64,000 nt of DNA. It comes from Hypanus sabinus (lineage: Eukaryota). The DNA lies in the NCBI RefSeq assembly GCF_030144855.1, contig NC_082720.1:56048001-56112000 (forward strand). Direction: 5' to 3'. Below are positions 48,196 to 61,401 of this stretch, piece after piece. The notes beneath the pieces were generated by a model that worked only from the letters and a program-made list of their open reading frames with translations, did no database searches and was not told where the DNA came from. The position numbers and the translations under genes are program-made. Positions within the stretch are counted from its first letter, which is position 1. Each line of letters begins with the position of its first letter.

Positions 48196-48793
48196 GTTCC
48201 TTCGTTTTGTCCACCTTTTCAGGACACTTCTCTTTTTCCTCTGGATAGAGAATGCCATATTCAGGAGTAAAATCCTCATGTTTAAACAGGCTTTTTCATC
48301 ATATTCTGGATAGAGAGATTCCAGTTTAACTGGTACGGATAATTTTACAGGAAAAGCTGCAGGCCGAGCTATCCAAGAGCCAGCACATCGTGCAAAGGTG
48401 ACCACTAGTGTGATCATTACAAATTATCCCAGATGGATGAGGGGTTCCCACCATAAATAAAGCTTTTCGCTACAACTAATCCTTCTCAATAACAGACCTG
48501 TCCTGTTTTATCTGCATCTGCGCTGTTCAGCTGTTTGAGAAGCTACGTGAAATCTAAGCATTATGAAGTGCTAAATTACAGTCAGGCATATACCAACCAT
48601 CAAAAGAATTTCTCTTAAAGGATTGCGATCAGAATGACATTTATTTAGCTTGTACTTCCGTTGCTTATTTATTTCCTCCTGTATCCATCCCTTCCTTTTT
48701 CTCCTACCAATAATGGCTTTTGAGGCAGCTGGCTATTTTATCGCGCATTCTTGCTTAACGTTGAAGGGCGTTGACTTTATGCACAGGAATCCC

Positions 48794-50237
48794 AGACAGA
48801 CAGACAGACAAACGTTATTGATCCCGAGGGAAACTGGGTTTCGTTACAGCCGCACTAACCAAGAATAGTTAAGAAATATAGCAATATAATACCATAAATA
48901 AAGAAATAATAAGTTAATCATGTCAAGTGGAAATAAGTCCAGGACCAGCCTATTGGCACAGGGTGTCTGACACTCCGAGGGAGGAGTTGTAAAGTTTTAT
49001 GGCCACAGGTAGGAAAGACATCCTATCACGCTCAGTGTCACATCTCGGTGGAATGAATCTCTGGCTGAATGCACTCCTGTGCGTAAACAGTACATTATGG
49101 AGTGAATGGGAGTCATTGTGCAAGATGGCATGCAACTTAGACAGCAACCTCTTTTCAGACACCACCTTCAGAGAGTTCAGTTCCACCCCCCACCACATCA
49201 CTGGCCTTACGAATGAGTTTGTTGATTCTGTTGGTGTTTGCTACCCTCAGCCTGCTGCCCCAGCACACAACAGCAAACATGATAGCAGTGGCCAGCACAA
49301 GCTCGTAAAACATCCCTAGCATCATCCGGGAGATTTTAAAGGACCTCAGTCTCCTCAGGAAATAGAGACGGCTCTGCCCCTTCTTGTAGACAGTGTTCTG
49401 TGACCAGTCCAGTTTATTGTCCATTTGTATCCTCAGGTATTTGTAATCCTCCACCATGTCCACAATGACACCTTGGATGGAAACAAGGGTCACCGGTGCC
49501 TTAGCCTTCCTCAGGTCCACCACCAGCGCATTAGTCATTTTCACATTAAGTTGCAGATGATTCTGCTCGCACCATGTGACAAAGTTTCCCACCGTATCCC
49601 TGTACTCAGACTCATCTCCCTTGCTGATGCATCCAACTATGGCAGAGTCATCAGAAAGCTTCTGAAGATGGCAAGACTCTGTGTTGTAGTTGAAGTCCGA
49701 GGTGTAGATGGTGAAGGGAAAGGGAGACAGGACAGTCCCCTGTGGAGCCCCAGTGCTGTTGACCACTCTGTCTGACACAAAGGGTTGCAAGCGCATGTAC
49801 TGTGGTCTGCCAGTCAGGTAATCAATAATCCATGACACCAGGGAAGCATCTACCTGCATCACTGTCAGATTCTCACCCAGCAGAGCAGGGCGGATGGTGT
49901 GGAACGCACTGAAGAAGTCAAAAAACATGACCCTCGCAGTGCTCGCCGGCTTGTCCAGGTGGGCGTATACTCGGTTCAGCAGGTAGACAATGGCATCCTC
50001 AACTCCTAGTCGGGGCTGGTAGGAGAACTGGAAGGGGTCAAAGTGTGGCCTAACCATAGTCCGGAGCTGCTGTAGTACAGGTCTCTCCGGGTCTTCATGC
50101 TGTGTGAGTTGAATGCCACCGGTCTGTAGTCTGTAGTCATTGGAACCACTGGGTCGCGGCGTCTTCGGTTCAGGAACGAGGCAGGACGTCTTCTCCAGTA
50201 CAGGAACCGTCTGGAGACTCAGGCTCAGGTTGAAGAC
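48794..50237 (-). mobile_element. 5'-truncated Rex1/Babar-like LINE nested in ERV env, unit 2 only
   Basis: ORF 49155-50255 with RT motifs (QFSYQPRLGVEDAI, GAPQGTVLSP, SDDSAIVG); (TGTC)n tail; empty site in unit 1 at ~8510. Confidence 0.92.
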
Positions 50238-53200
50238 CCCATATACGCCCAACAACTAACTACATTATTTCGTGTAGCATATTCGTAAACTAAGCTCAAG
50301 TAAGTATTATTGCTTTTCCCCAGCATAATAAACACCAACGGACCACAGAAAAAAGTAATTTCTTCATAATTTAGTTTTCGGTCTTCCCTTCTTCAGGAGA
50401 AGACAGTTTGTACTTGGCTCCCTGTATCCAGCCAGCCATCCCCCAGACTTGCACAGCAGTCCTTGCCACCGGAATCACCTGATTTCTCCTCTTTTTCTAC
50501 CTAGAATAATGTGAGTCTTTCATAAGCGTCTTTACATAGTCTCCAGGTTTAAAGGGGTGGATGTTTTTTTTTCTCACGCCTTAGGGAAGGCAGCAGCTAC
50601 ATGTCCTTGGTTTGCTCTTAGTGCTTAGCCTAACAACTTCTATGTTTCACTTATCGGTTCTGAGCAGGCGTGTTTGCGCACTAATCAAAGGAGGCAGAGA
50701 CCCTGGCGGTAGAGGCCTTTCCCTTAATACTTCGAACTGTTTAGTTGTGCGTCTCACTTGGTTTCTTAGAATGTATAATGCTCTGGGAAGAACCATTTCA
50801 AACCAGTTTCCTGACATACCTTAGCCAATATATATTTTAATACTCCATTTATTCTTCCTGCTAGTCCCGAGGACTGCGAGTGTGATGGAAGGTGGTATTC
50901 CCAAGGAAATTCTAACGCCGGACCCAATTCCTTAATTAATTTACCTGCATGGAACCCCAAATCTGGGAATAATTTCCTTCATGAATATCTTAACCGCAGG
51001 TAGGGGTAATCTTTTCCCGTGGGAAACGCCTCCCCCATTTGGAGAATATATCTAGTTTTACCCATACTTATCACCCCCATTAGCAGGTATCTACCTGTAA
51101 ATTGGCAGCTGGCGCCGACGCGGGTGTAAAATGATCAAATTTAGCAGGTGACTTCTCTCCATCGTGTCACTAACAAATCTCACAGCTTCGTACAACCTGT
51201 ACCGCAATTATTGTTAGTCTGGGTGCAAGCCATTATTCATAATACACCGATTCATGTGACACAAGGAGATTATACGGATATCCCCACACCCACTCAGAAT
51301 CCTGAAAACTCTAGTTTTCCTTTTATACTCTCTTAACCTTTTGCGGAGTCCCATCTTTGGCGGAAATAAGACTTTGCAGATTTGAGGTAAGAGTTACAAG
51401 AGTACATTGCACCTACATATGTATTAGTATAACTTTTCCTGCATTAGCGGCTTCTTTAGCAGATGCGTCCGCAGCATCATTTCCCTTACTTATGGGGTCT
51501 GAGCCATTAGTGTGAACTTCGCACTTAATGACAGCAGTTTTGTTGGGCTGCTGCATTGCTTATAACATTTTTATTAGATACATATGCTGAATGGGTTTTC
51601 CCGCAGAAGCAATGAACCCCCGATGTTTCCAAAGTGATCCAAAATCATGTCCCATTCCAAGGCCTGCCTAGAGTCCTTATAGATGTTTACTGTGTGTCGC
51701 TCGAATTGGAGCAAATAGCTCCGCTGCCTGAGCTGAAGTTCCTTGGGGTTCGGATTGTACCTGTAAAGTTTCAAAGGCAGTCACTATCGCATCGCTTTCT
51801 AATAGGGTGTGATGGCTCGGCTTGCAAAAAGATCCCTCGGTATAGTACATTAATTCTCGGTTATAAAGGGGTACCGCGTATAGGCTTTAACACAGTCATT
51901 GGGATCATGGTACTCTTGTAACAGTGAAATTCGACCTTTTAAGTGTCCTGTGAGGGGTCGGCAGTGAAATGTTGCGTAGCAGTTGAGCTATGGAGCAACA
52001 TTGCAGTAGAGGGGTCAGCAACATACAAACAAGCTGCAGTATTAAAGGTGCAGCCTACTCGCCCACTGTCGTTACCAACGTCCTTAAAAATCCTGGCATT
52101 CCTCTAACCACTAGATGCAATAGGGTGGTAAAATACGCCACTGGTCTTTGTAAGCTACCTCGGGTTAATACTGCGCTTGCGAAAGCTCATTTTCATTCAC
52201 ATACAACTGGAACGACTTGCTGTAATAGGGCAGTCCATTGTATTGTATCAGATGCATCCTGCGTTATAGCGACTCGTAGGACAGTATCATAGGTGCTGTG
52301 TTCAGGTACTCAATGTCGACACTAGTTCGTCATTGCCAGGAATGGTATCATCTGTCTGTTGGCCGAAGATCTGGGAGACTGAGCAATGAGAGTCACACGC
52401 TCCGGCCTCAATCGGTGGGTTCCTTTGTGCAATATATACCCCAAATATGTCACTGTAGTCCGGCAAAGTTGGAAGTTTGACAAGGAGGTTGTATGTCCTC
52501 TGGCAGCAAAATGATTCAACAACGTCACACATTCTTCTGTAAAATCAGTCAGAGTCTGACAGGCCAGCAATAAATCGCCAGAATATTGCAAAATCATGCT
52601 GTCTGCAGGCAGTAGTAAATTTACTAGAACATCATGAATAACGGCTGCGTAGAAAACTGTACACTGTAATCCGGCAGTAAACCTGTACACGTGTATTGCT
52701 GTCCATCATATGTGAAGAGAACCAGATATTGACTGTTCTCATGCAGTGGTATAGTACAACTCAATCACCGTATACCAGTATCACATTCGTGTCCGGAACC
52801 TTCCGTGAAATAGGCTGGACTTTCTGATTTATAGACCGCAGTTCCTGGATAAACCGCCTCTCACTCGGCCTCCTTGGTTTGGGATTGGATAATATCGGCG
52901 TATTGCAAGGGCTTTGAGTTCATCGCAGAATCAGTTGTCGAATAACCACTCTATGACAAGTTTATTACCCTTGATGGCTTCTGGAGTTGGCAATATTGTT
53001 TGATGGACAGTAGTCCGGCACTTTGTCAAAAGTCACCTGATGGGGAACTACTGACTTGATTAATCCTACATGATTCGTATCTGGGGAACTGCCTATGATT
53101 TCCAATCAATAAGCATGAAAGGTGATTTCATTTCCAGTAAGGCATGGGGCGGTGAACTTTGGCCCCTCGGGAAGAATTCATCGTATTTCCATTTGAACTG

Positions 53201-54834
53201 AATCTCAGCTGCTATTCACTCAGGACCAAAATATCCCTACTCGATAAGAATATTAGACCCTCTTACCTTCATGCTAATATACTGGATACTATAATCGTCA
53301 TCAGGATCTGTATTCCTGAAGGCCACAACACAATGTAGTGCAGATACTAGTATTTCAGGTTCCATTCACATCATTCAATAAATCTTCCACTTTATGTGGT
53401 CTTCTATTTGCTGCCACGGCCAATCTCACTAGGCTTTCCCCACCACTGTGCCAACTGTAGGGAACTGCATTACAGTGCAGAGCTTGGGTTGTCAATTCTC
53501 AGGGGTTTCAAGATATAATCTTTCTGAGGTACAATGAATTGCCCATTTAGTGTTTAGTGTCCAAGCAAATTAAGAGGTGCGTTCTCTGCTATAACAAGTG
53601 TTTCATCAGTCGAAAATTTCCCTGCTTGTTTTTTATTGACTCAGACAGCGATTCTATCATAGGTACTCTGGTTATCTCTGAATTCTTAATACCTTTGCTG
53701 TCTTTTGGTAATGCCAATTCAGGTTGGTGAATTTAAAAGAATGTACTACCTCTGGTGGGGGACAATTTACGAGTGTTCTTTTTTCTGCAGGGGTATCCCT
53801 GTACTAGATTCCTGGAAAGCTACTAGTTTATTTCCAGCTTTTATGTATCAGGACATTCCCTACTATTAGCGAGGAGCTTGGAGGAGAGACTGAGCTAATC
53901 GTCGAACCCTCTATTATTATTTCTATTATTATCTAGAACCTCTAGTTAAGGAGTAGGTAGTGCTATTGGAGGATATAGTCCGGGTCTGAGACAATCAGAG
54001 CCGAGGGACCTGATGCGAGTTACTCGGCATTCTGCGTAATTTGCGTAATTTGATTTAACTTTCAGAGGCTGGTGCCGATTAGCCACCTCTTCCCATGTGT
54101 TAAAACACCACATTATATATTCTAAGTTCTAATTAGGATCTCCGCCTCCAGCTTTTGTTTCATTTCGCCTGTGCTGAATCTTTTTTAGAACAACGGATCC
54201 ATCATAGAGCCAATCCCCATAACTCCATCCATAGAGATCAGGAGAGAAAGTTTTCATAAAACCTGTTGTCTCTCGTTTCGATCCAAATCTTGTCATCGAG
54301 AGACTACCGGAAACCAGTGGACCACTTAAGAGTTGTTTGGTCTTCAAACTTTTGAACTGCTTTCGTGTATTCGTATTCATTGACACCTTTGCCAGAGGAT
54401 CAGATAGCTGCGATTGAAAAGATGATTTTCCTCAGGTCTTTTTCTTTGATTCTTGCTTTGAAACGTATCCATTTTCCTCCTCCAGCTACCGTTGAGACAA
54501 ATATACAAGATCGAATATTCTTTACAGGTAATAGTTACAATGCCTTCTACCCCAGTGGTTGACAAACCATTTACCATACGCCAAGGTCTCCTTACATTTA
54601 GTCTAAATGCACTCTCCCGATGCTCTCAGGCTCCCTTCTAACAATCCCACTCTTTTTCCTTTACACGAAGTCATGGGTCACTGGCCGGTATGTGACAGCT
54701 CCGGCGCTCTCGTCCAGTCTGGATCCCGCTTCCCCGAGCGAGTCTATGGGATGGGCTCACCCGAGTCGAATCTTGACCTCTAGCTTTCAAGTAACTCTCA
54801 TGGATAGGTTCGTTCGGAACCTCGTATCATGAAG

Positions 54835-54852
54835 ATCCTATCTCCGTCGCCA
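54835..54852 (-). promoter_or_regulatory. ERV primer-binding site, copy 2 (tRNA-Ser(GCT)-like)
   Basis: Minus strand TGGCGACGGAGATAGGAT; 15/18 to TGGCGACGAGGATGGGAT, the recalled complement of the vertebrate tRNA-Ser(GCT) 3' end. Confidence 0.65.
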
Positions 54853-54858
54853 AATTAC

Positions 54859-55347
54859 AGTCTAAGAATCTACCCTGTTTTACCGTATTTAATGTAAGAG
54901 AATTTCACCAGGTTTTCAAACAGAAATAAAAACACAGACCTCGGTAATCAGTTAACTCTTTAATGCGCGATTAAAGGGAGTTGTTGTCTTACGATTCGCC
55001 CAATATCAGGCTACATCTTAATTTTTGAATAGTAAATTTTGGGCAAAAGCTAACAAATGAACATAGTCACCGATTGCAAGAAACACTCGTTAGGTATCAG
55101 CCAATATAAAAATATTCCCACGCGGTGGTAAAATTAGAACTACACGTCAACGTTCAGTTCCACTGTCAGTCAAAGAGTCTCGGACAAAGGTTAGTCATTA
55201 TTGGCATCATCTATTGCTAGCTATTGTCAGCTAGCACAAGCAAGACAGCGTCTGCTTCTTATCCTGACACCTTCATGATCCAAATCTATTGCAATACTTA
55301 GTTAGCTTGACAACAAAATTGAATATACAATTTAATTATCTTCGCGA
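54859..55347 (-). repeat. ERV 5' LTR, copy 2
   Basis: Paralog of 18895-19390 with degenerate termini. Confidence 0.83.
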
Positions 55348-55694
55348 TGTCACCATGGATTGAAACTGCCCCAGTACAATGGCCCTTCAATTGTAAAAGC
55401 TCACCTGCAATGTTTCTCCGAGCAGTTCATATCATAGAACAAATGCACAAATCTAACTGTCACGGTCGGATGCGAGGGAAACCAAACAATTCATCTAATT
55501 GGATCATAGAAATGGCCATGGAACCTATCAGCATACTGAGTAGATTTCTAGGTCGTGTTAAATTTACGGCCAAAATGCCATTTAATGGGTATTGTTATAG
55601 TTTACGATGATAAACGTTGAAAATAAAATAAATTGAGCAATTGTATCAACAACTATATTTTATGGTGTGCACCATTAAATATAGGAGAATGGTA

Positions 55695-55797
55695 CAGCTT
55701 TAAGAACATCAGTTGTAATTGACGAAAAGAACTGGTTGCGTCGCTGTCTACCAATGAAAAACTCAATTTCACAGTTGGATCCATTGCCCCTCCCTCG
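55695..55797 (+). promoter_or_regulatory. PcdhB' promoter module
   Basis: CAGCTTTAAGAA (55695), TGCGTCGCTGTCTACCAATG (CGCT 55742), GATCCATTGCCCCTCCC (55778). ATG is 250 bp downstream. Confidence 0.85.
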
Positions 55798-55991
55798 CCC
55801 AGAATAAAAGGACAGAGACAACGAAGAGACGACCATTAGGTGCGTTTACATTACGGTGTTAACCTGACGTGTAAAAAATCTGTCTGTTTAGATTCGGTAT
55901 TGATCTGCATGCGTTTACGTCGTGTAGTAAGGACTTGTTCGGAATGAATTGAGCAGAGCCCTGGATTTGTAAATTAATTGACTGCGGAACA

Positions 55992-58373
55992 ATGGCGTCC
56001 AAATCCATATTAAGCATCACTGTAATTGCACACAGTTTTATCGTGTGTGTCCCGGATCAAATTCCAGGGCAATTTCGTTATTCTATTCCCGAGGAAATGG
56101 TCGGAGGGACAATTATTGGGAATATCGCTCAAGATTTGGGATTGAATGTACCGATTTTGTCAGCTCGTAAATTTCGTCTCAGCTCTAATGACGGAGAACG
56201 GTACATGAAGGTTAGTTTGGATAATGGGCTTTTATCTATTTGTGAAAGAATCGACAGGGAACGTATTTGTGGGCAAATAGTGTTGTGTACAATACCTTTG
56301 GAAATAATGCTGGAAAATCCCTTAGAGGTGTATCGCGGCGAAGTGGAGATTCTTGACGTAAATGACAATTCTCCTACATTTCGGGACACACATATTGCCT
56401 TACAAATGTCTGAAGCCATTACACCGGGGGTACGTTTTCGACTTAAGAGCGCGGAAGATGCTGATACTGGAATGAATACTATCGCGAATTATACAATCAG
56501 TTCGAGTGAGTACTTCACTCTGAAAACACGGAGAACCGAGGAGGGTATTATAATTGCTGAGTTGCTGTTAGAGAAACCTTTGGATCGAGAGCTACAATCA
56601 TCCTTTCAGCTGGTGCTTACTGCAGTGGATGGTGGGAATCCTCAGAGAACCGGAACAGCTCATATTCTCATTACTGTACTGGACATTAATGACAATCCAC
56701 CTGTATTCGAGCATGATGTTTACAGGGGCACCATTACTGAAAACACACCACAAGATACCGTTGTGTTAACAGTTAAAGCGAACGATTTGGACGAAGGGCT
56801 GAATGCAGAGCTAACATATTCTTTCAGTGATGTTATTACTTTGCGAAGAATGCGTGATTTGTTTTCCTTGGACCCAAAAACTGGAGAGATTCGAGTCAAA
56901 GGGCCGCTAGATTTTGAAAAATCAAACAGCTATTCACTCGATATTCAAGCTGTTGATCACGGGTCGCCTGCGATTACGGGACACTCGAAAGTGCTGATCA
57001 AGGTAACTGACGTGAATGACAACGCACCCGAGATAAAAGTGACGTCAGCCACAATCCAAATCCCGGAAAATGCTACGCCCGGAAATTTAATCACCTTGAT
57101 TGATGTTATCGATCGTGATTCTGGAGAGAATGGTCACGTGCGCTGCGAAATAACACAGAACATCCCTTTTATGCTACAAAGATCGTCCAATCATTATAAA
57201 TTAATTACAAGTGGAATGTTGGACCGTGAAACAGTGTCTAATTATAAAATACTTATTTCAGCCTGGGATTTGGGGTCACCGTCACTGTCAACAAATGTAA
57301 CCATCCATATTGTAATTACAGATATAAATGATAATGCCCCACGCTTTGCTGAATTGCCCTACAACTTTTACGTGACTGAAAATAACTCTCCTGGTGCTTC
57401 TATCTTCGCAGTAACGGCTTCAGATCCTGATCTGGAGCAGAATTCCTATGTTTCTTATTCAATTCTGGACAATTATATTCAAAACTTGCCAGTATCCACG
57501 TACCTGGACGTCAACTCAATGAACGGCACCATTTACGCTCTGCGCTCTTTTGACTATGAGGAACTGAAAAGTTTTCAGATCCATGTTCAAGCCCGTGACG
57601 CTGGAGTGCCACCGTTGAGCAGCAGCGCTACTGTGAATGTCATCATCCTGGATCAAAATGACAACGCGCCAGTGATCGTTTCACCTTCAGAACATGGTGG
57701 ATCATCAGCCGTGGAAACCCTGCCCCAGTCAGCGGCTCAGGGGTACTTGGTCACCAAGATAATGGCTACTGATGCAGATTCTGGTCAGAACGGGCGATTA
57801 TTTTACCAAATGGTGAAAGCTACTGATCCCAGTTTGTTTAATATCGATCAAACGTCTGGTGAAATCAGAACAACGCGTAAAATCTTGGAGGCGGATCTCA
57901 ACACACAAACTTTGACAATCATGGTGAAAGACAACGGGCAGCCTAGACTATCTAGTACAGTTACGTTTCACATCACAATTTTGCAGAATAGCACCGAACC
58001 TCCCACAATAAACAGTAATTTAGTGAGAAATTCGGAATCTTTTTCCGATCTAAATCTTTATTTATTGATTATTTTCAGTTGCACTTCCATTGTCTTTCTT
58101 CTGCTTATCATTGTGCTTATCGGGATCAAATGTAAACAGGAGAGAAGTAATCCCCAAGAGTATACTTCCCCCACTTATTTTTCCAAACGTGGGGAGATGC
58201 AGGACACCTTTAGTCGAAGATCTGCAATGGAGGAAACTTTACGCTATCCTGGTACGGACCAGGTAGTCCGTATGCCAGGACTGCCTCAGTACTCGGTCTG
58301 CCTGTCTCCAGAATCAGCGAAAAGCGATTTCCTTTTCTTGAAGCCGTGCGGCCCTGCCATCTCTCAAGCCTAA
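55992..58373 (+). CDS. Clustered protocadherin, variable-exon type (PcdhB'), 793 aa, ~95% identical to PcdhB
   Basis: Intact ORF with six cadherin repeats, TM and tail; ~41 aa differences from B by manual count; CAA>TAA removes the last two residues. Confidence 0.96.
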   Translation: MASKSILSITVIAHSFIVCVPDQIPGQFRYSIPEEMVGGTIIGNIAQDLGLNVPILSARKFRLSSNDGERYMKVSLDNGLLSICERIDRERICGQIVLCTIPLEIMLENPLEVYRGEVEILDVNDNSPTFRDTHIALQMSEAITPGVRFRLKSAEDADTGMNTIANYTISSSEYFTLKTRRTEEGIIIAELLLEKPLDRELQSSFQLVLTAVDGGNPQRTGTAHILITVLDINDNPPVFEHDVYRGTITENTPQDTVVLTVKANDLDEGLNAELTYSFSDVITLRRMRDLFSLDPKTGEIRVKGPLDFEKSNSYSLDIQAVDHGSPAITGHSKVLIKVTDVNDNAPEIKVTSATIQIPENATPGNLITLIDVIDRDSGENGHVRCEITQNIPFMLQRSSNHYKLITSGMLDRETVSNYKILISAWDLGSPSLSTNVTIHIVITDINDNAPRFAELPYNFYVTENNSPGASIFAVTASDPDLEQNSYVSYSILDNYIQNLPVSTYLDVNSMNGTIYALRSFDYEELKSFQIHVQARDAGVPPLSSSATVNVIILDQNDNAPVIVSPSEHGGSSAVETLPQSAAQGYLVTKIMATDADSGQNGRLFYQMVKATDPSLFNIDQTSGEIRTTRKILEADLNTQTLTIMVKDNGQPRLSSTVTFHITILQNSTEPPTINSNLVRNSESFSDLNLYLLIIFSCTSIVFLLLIIVLIGIKCKQERSNPQEYTSPTYFSKRGEMQDTFSRRSAMEETLRYPGTDQVVRMPGLPQYSVCLSPESAKSDFLFLKPCGPAISQA

Positions 58374-61300
58374 TGCTAAATTACAGAGAACTACAACATA
58401 AACGTATGCTTATTTTATGTGTGCTTACTTTTGTTTATATTCTGAGATGTAGGATACTGGGGTAAAGTGTTTTAGAACATATCTCTTATCAGCAACTTAA
58501 TTTGTAATTTTTTGTTGCCGAAGAATATAGTTGTTATAATGGTCAACGATAAATTTACATCAACCTGTATCCACCCGTCTGAGCGTGGCATCTGTTACCT
58601 TTGGAGAATCTGAAAGCAGCTCTCTTACGTACTTCTGCACCCAACATCAACTGCGTATTTTTAATCCTGTCGAAGTCCGCAAAGCAGGCCCTTCTTCCAC
58701 CTTCCTCCCTTGACCCCATCCAACGATCTGCTTCGCAGGGAGAAGTGATTTGTATACAACATTTCTATTCTAATCCTGAAGCATATTAATTTGGATAAAT
58801 CCCCGTGTCTTGATCCAACGTTTCTTGGGATATTTTGGGAAGCTAGATGGACATTGCAAAGGCCTGGCGGAGACGTATCCGCAGTTTATTTTTGTCAAGT
58901 TTGAGGTAGATATTATCGCCCTAAAGTTTAACAAGGGCTTCGACTTGGATCTGTACAGTGGTTGAGACTGAAAGGGTAAGTCACATGGGATCCAAGACGA
59001 GTTAGTCAGCTGGATAAAGAAATGACGAAGAGGAATGTTTCAGAGAGTGCTAGCGGAGGGTTGTAATTTATGTTGGTGGCCTGTGATTAATGGAAAGTCA
59101 AATGTATCAGTGCTGAATTCATTCTTATTTGTTATTCCTATGTACTGTTTGCATGAAAATAATTTTTACACTGTTAGTATGTTTTTGGAAAATATCAGAA
59201 AAGGGAATGCATTAGAGAGTGAAGAATATTATCTAAGCTAAATTCAACGTCTGCTAGATAACTGTAAAAATCGTCTAAGTAAGGTAGATCAAATATAAGT
59301 TAGACAAGTGCGACCTGTTGCAATTTGTTCCATTAAACAAGGAAGTGTGTGCACATTAATTCCTGCAAATCTGAAAGGCATCATAAAACAGAAAGCTAAA
59401 GGCGCAGATATATCGTTGTCTGAAAGTAAAGCACAGTGTGGGGAAGAAATAATTTAGTCTATTTACTTTCATAAGCCACTATTTAGTTTACTGATTCCGT
59501 ACTTCATGTTGCAACTCTGCGGTTCGTTGGTGAGACTACACTTACAATATGGTGTGTCATTTATGTTGGCTACCTAACAGAAAGATATCAATAGCTGGCA
59601 ATGGTACAGAAATATTTCGCAAGGTGCTACCAGTACTGGAGGGCTTACGCTATAAGTAATGGGTGGAAAGCCTGAACTTGTTTTAACCAGTATGATAGGA
59701 GACGGAGCATTGACCTTATGACGGTGTATAAAATCAAACTAAGACAAATAAGCGTAGCGTTGTTTGACATGTTGGGCGGCATTGACATGTTCAGCCAAAG
59801 GGCTGATCTTCGAGTTGTATTACTCCCAGACTCTAATATAAGAAATTGGTCAGAGAAATGTGTTTGTTCTGCATTGGTGAAACAAAAGAAGATTGGGTGA
59901 TTGATTGCAGCGCACAGGCGTTTAAACTTGCATTCGGTGGTTAACCACGTTGATTCGATGTTTCATTAACACGCTGACCTTTCTGAGTCTGGCTTTCCGC
60001 ATTGTTTCAACAAGGCAAAGGCAAGACAGCAAGACATGGGGGGGGGGGGGCGGGGGAGTGGTAACACTTCATCTTACAGTTGGGAATGTTTCAAATTTTA
60101 ATTTTGAATTAATTTTGTTGTTTCTTTCTGACTCTCTGAATCAAAGCTGATCTACTGAGCACAGCCCTTAATGCTTATAGATACTAATTCCACCTGCGTT
60201 TATTAACTTCACATTTCTCTATACTTATACCATACTCATCCGGGACATGCACAATGACGCTTGAACGGTTCTAATATCCTGCCTCCACCTCCTCCTGAGG
60301 TAGCTCATTTCCATTACCAATTACAATTGTGTGAAAATATTCCTCCCAGTTCCCCTTCAATTGTCTGAATAATTATAAAACCATAATGCTAAAATGTGTA
60401 AACTTGGAATACAAAACCAAGGTAATTTAAGACATTGAAATTTATTATCTAGCATACAAAAATAATGAAAAATGTTTACATTTAACAAACTTGATATCGT
60501 TACAAATTGAACTGGAGCTTGGTCAAAATGACTTTACATTTGTGAGTGTGAGTTTATTTATGGTGATCTTGTTTAGCAGAAAATATTTTGCTTCGTAAAA
60601 TGACATAAATAATGATGAAATATTGTTCATTCAGAGGGCGGGGAGCATCTGAATATTTTATCCGCTTTATACTTGTGCGCAACTATTAAATTAAAATCAC
60701 ATTCTACATTTTCAAAGCAGGTGTTTTTCGCTTTGATAACTGAATACAACGCAATTTCTGCTTAAACATCTTCAAATAATTTAAACATTTATGCTGTTAT
60801 CACTACGCTCGTTTTTGAATACTCAATATATAACTTGATTTTCGTCGCTCACGTGAGAATCAAAGCCCTTGTGTTCAACAAATTAACTGTTTGTTACACC
60901 AAAGAAATCATTGAAGGTTGCTAGAGCTACGGCAATTCTTCGGATTTGACGTGGCGTACCTAAACGCACACATTTAATGCTAGAGGAATAGATAGAGTGG
61001 ACAGCCAGCGCCTCTTCCCCAGGGCACCACTGCTCAATACAAGACGGCATGGCTTAATAGTAAGGGGTAGGAAATTCAAGGGGGATATTAGAGGAAGGTT
61101 TTTTACTCAAAGTTGGTGGTGTGTGGAATGTACTACCTGAATCTGTGGTGGAGTCAGATACACTAGTAAAATTTAGGAGACTACTAGACAGGTATAGGGA
61201 GGAATTTAAGGTGGGGGGTTATATGGGAGTTAGGGTTTCAGGGTCGGCGCAGCATTGTGAATCGAAGGTCCTGTACTGTGCTGTCTATTCTATGTACTCT

Positions 61301-61401
61301 AGGATTTAAATTTCCTGTTTTGGGGATTGTATGTGTCTGAGGAAATGATCATATCAACATGTACGATGAACACTTGGAAAATATTGACGATATATAGCAT
61401 G

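Larger units (their letters stand above)
47721..55347 (-). mobile_element. Defective class I ERV, copy 2 (same integration, duplicated with the cassette)
   Basis: Same flanks (agtaac/tgtcac); LTRs 47721-48195 and 54859-55347; RT SMILQYSGDLLL; integrase WEYHLPSHSQSSGLAGRINGVLK; RNase H VNIYKDSR. Confidence 0.9.

Noticed and set aside
60038-60056. Poly-G run with G-quadruplex potential
   Set aside because: Present only in unit 2; likely homopolymer expansion or sequencing noise.
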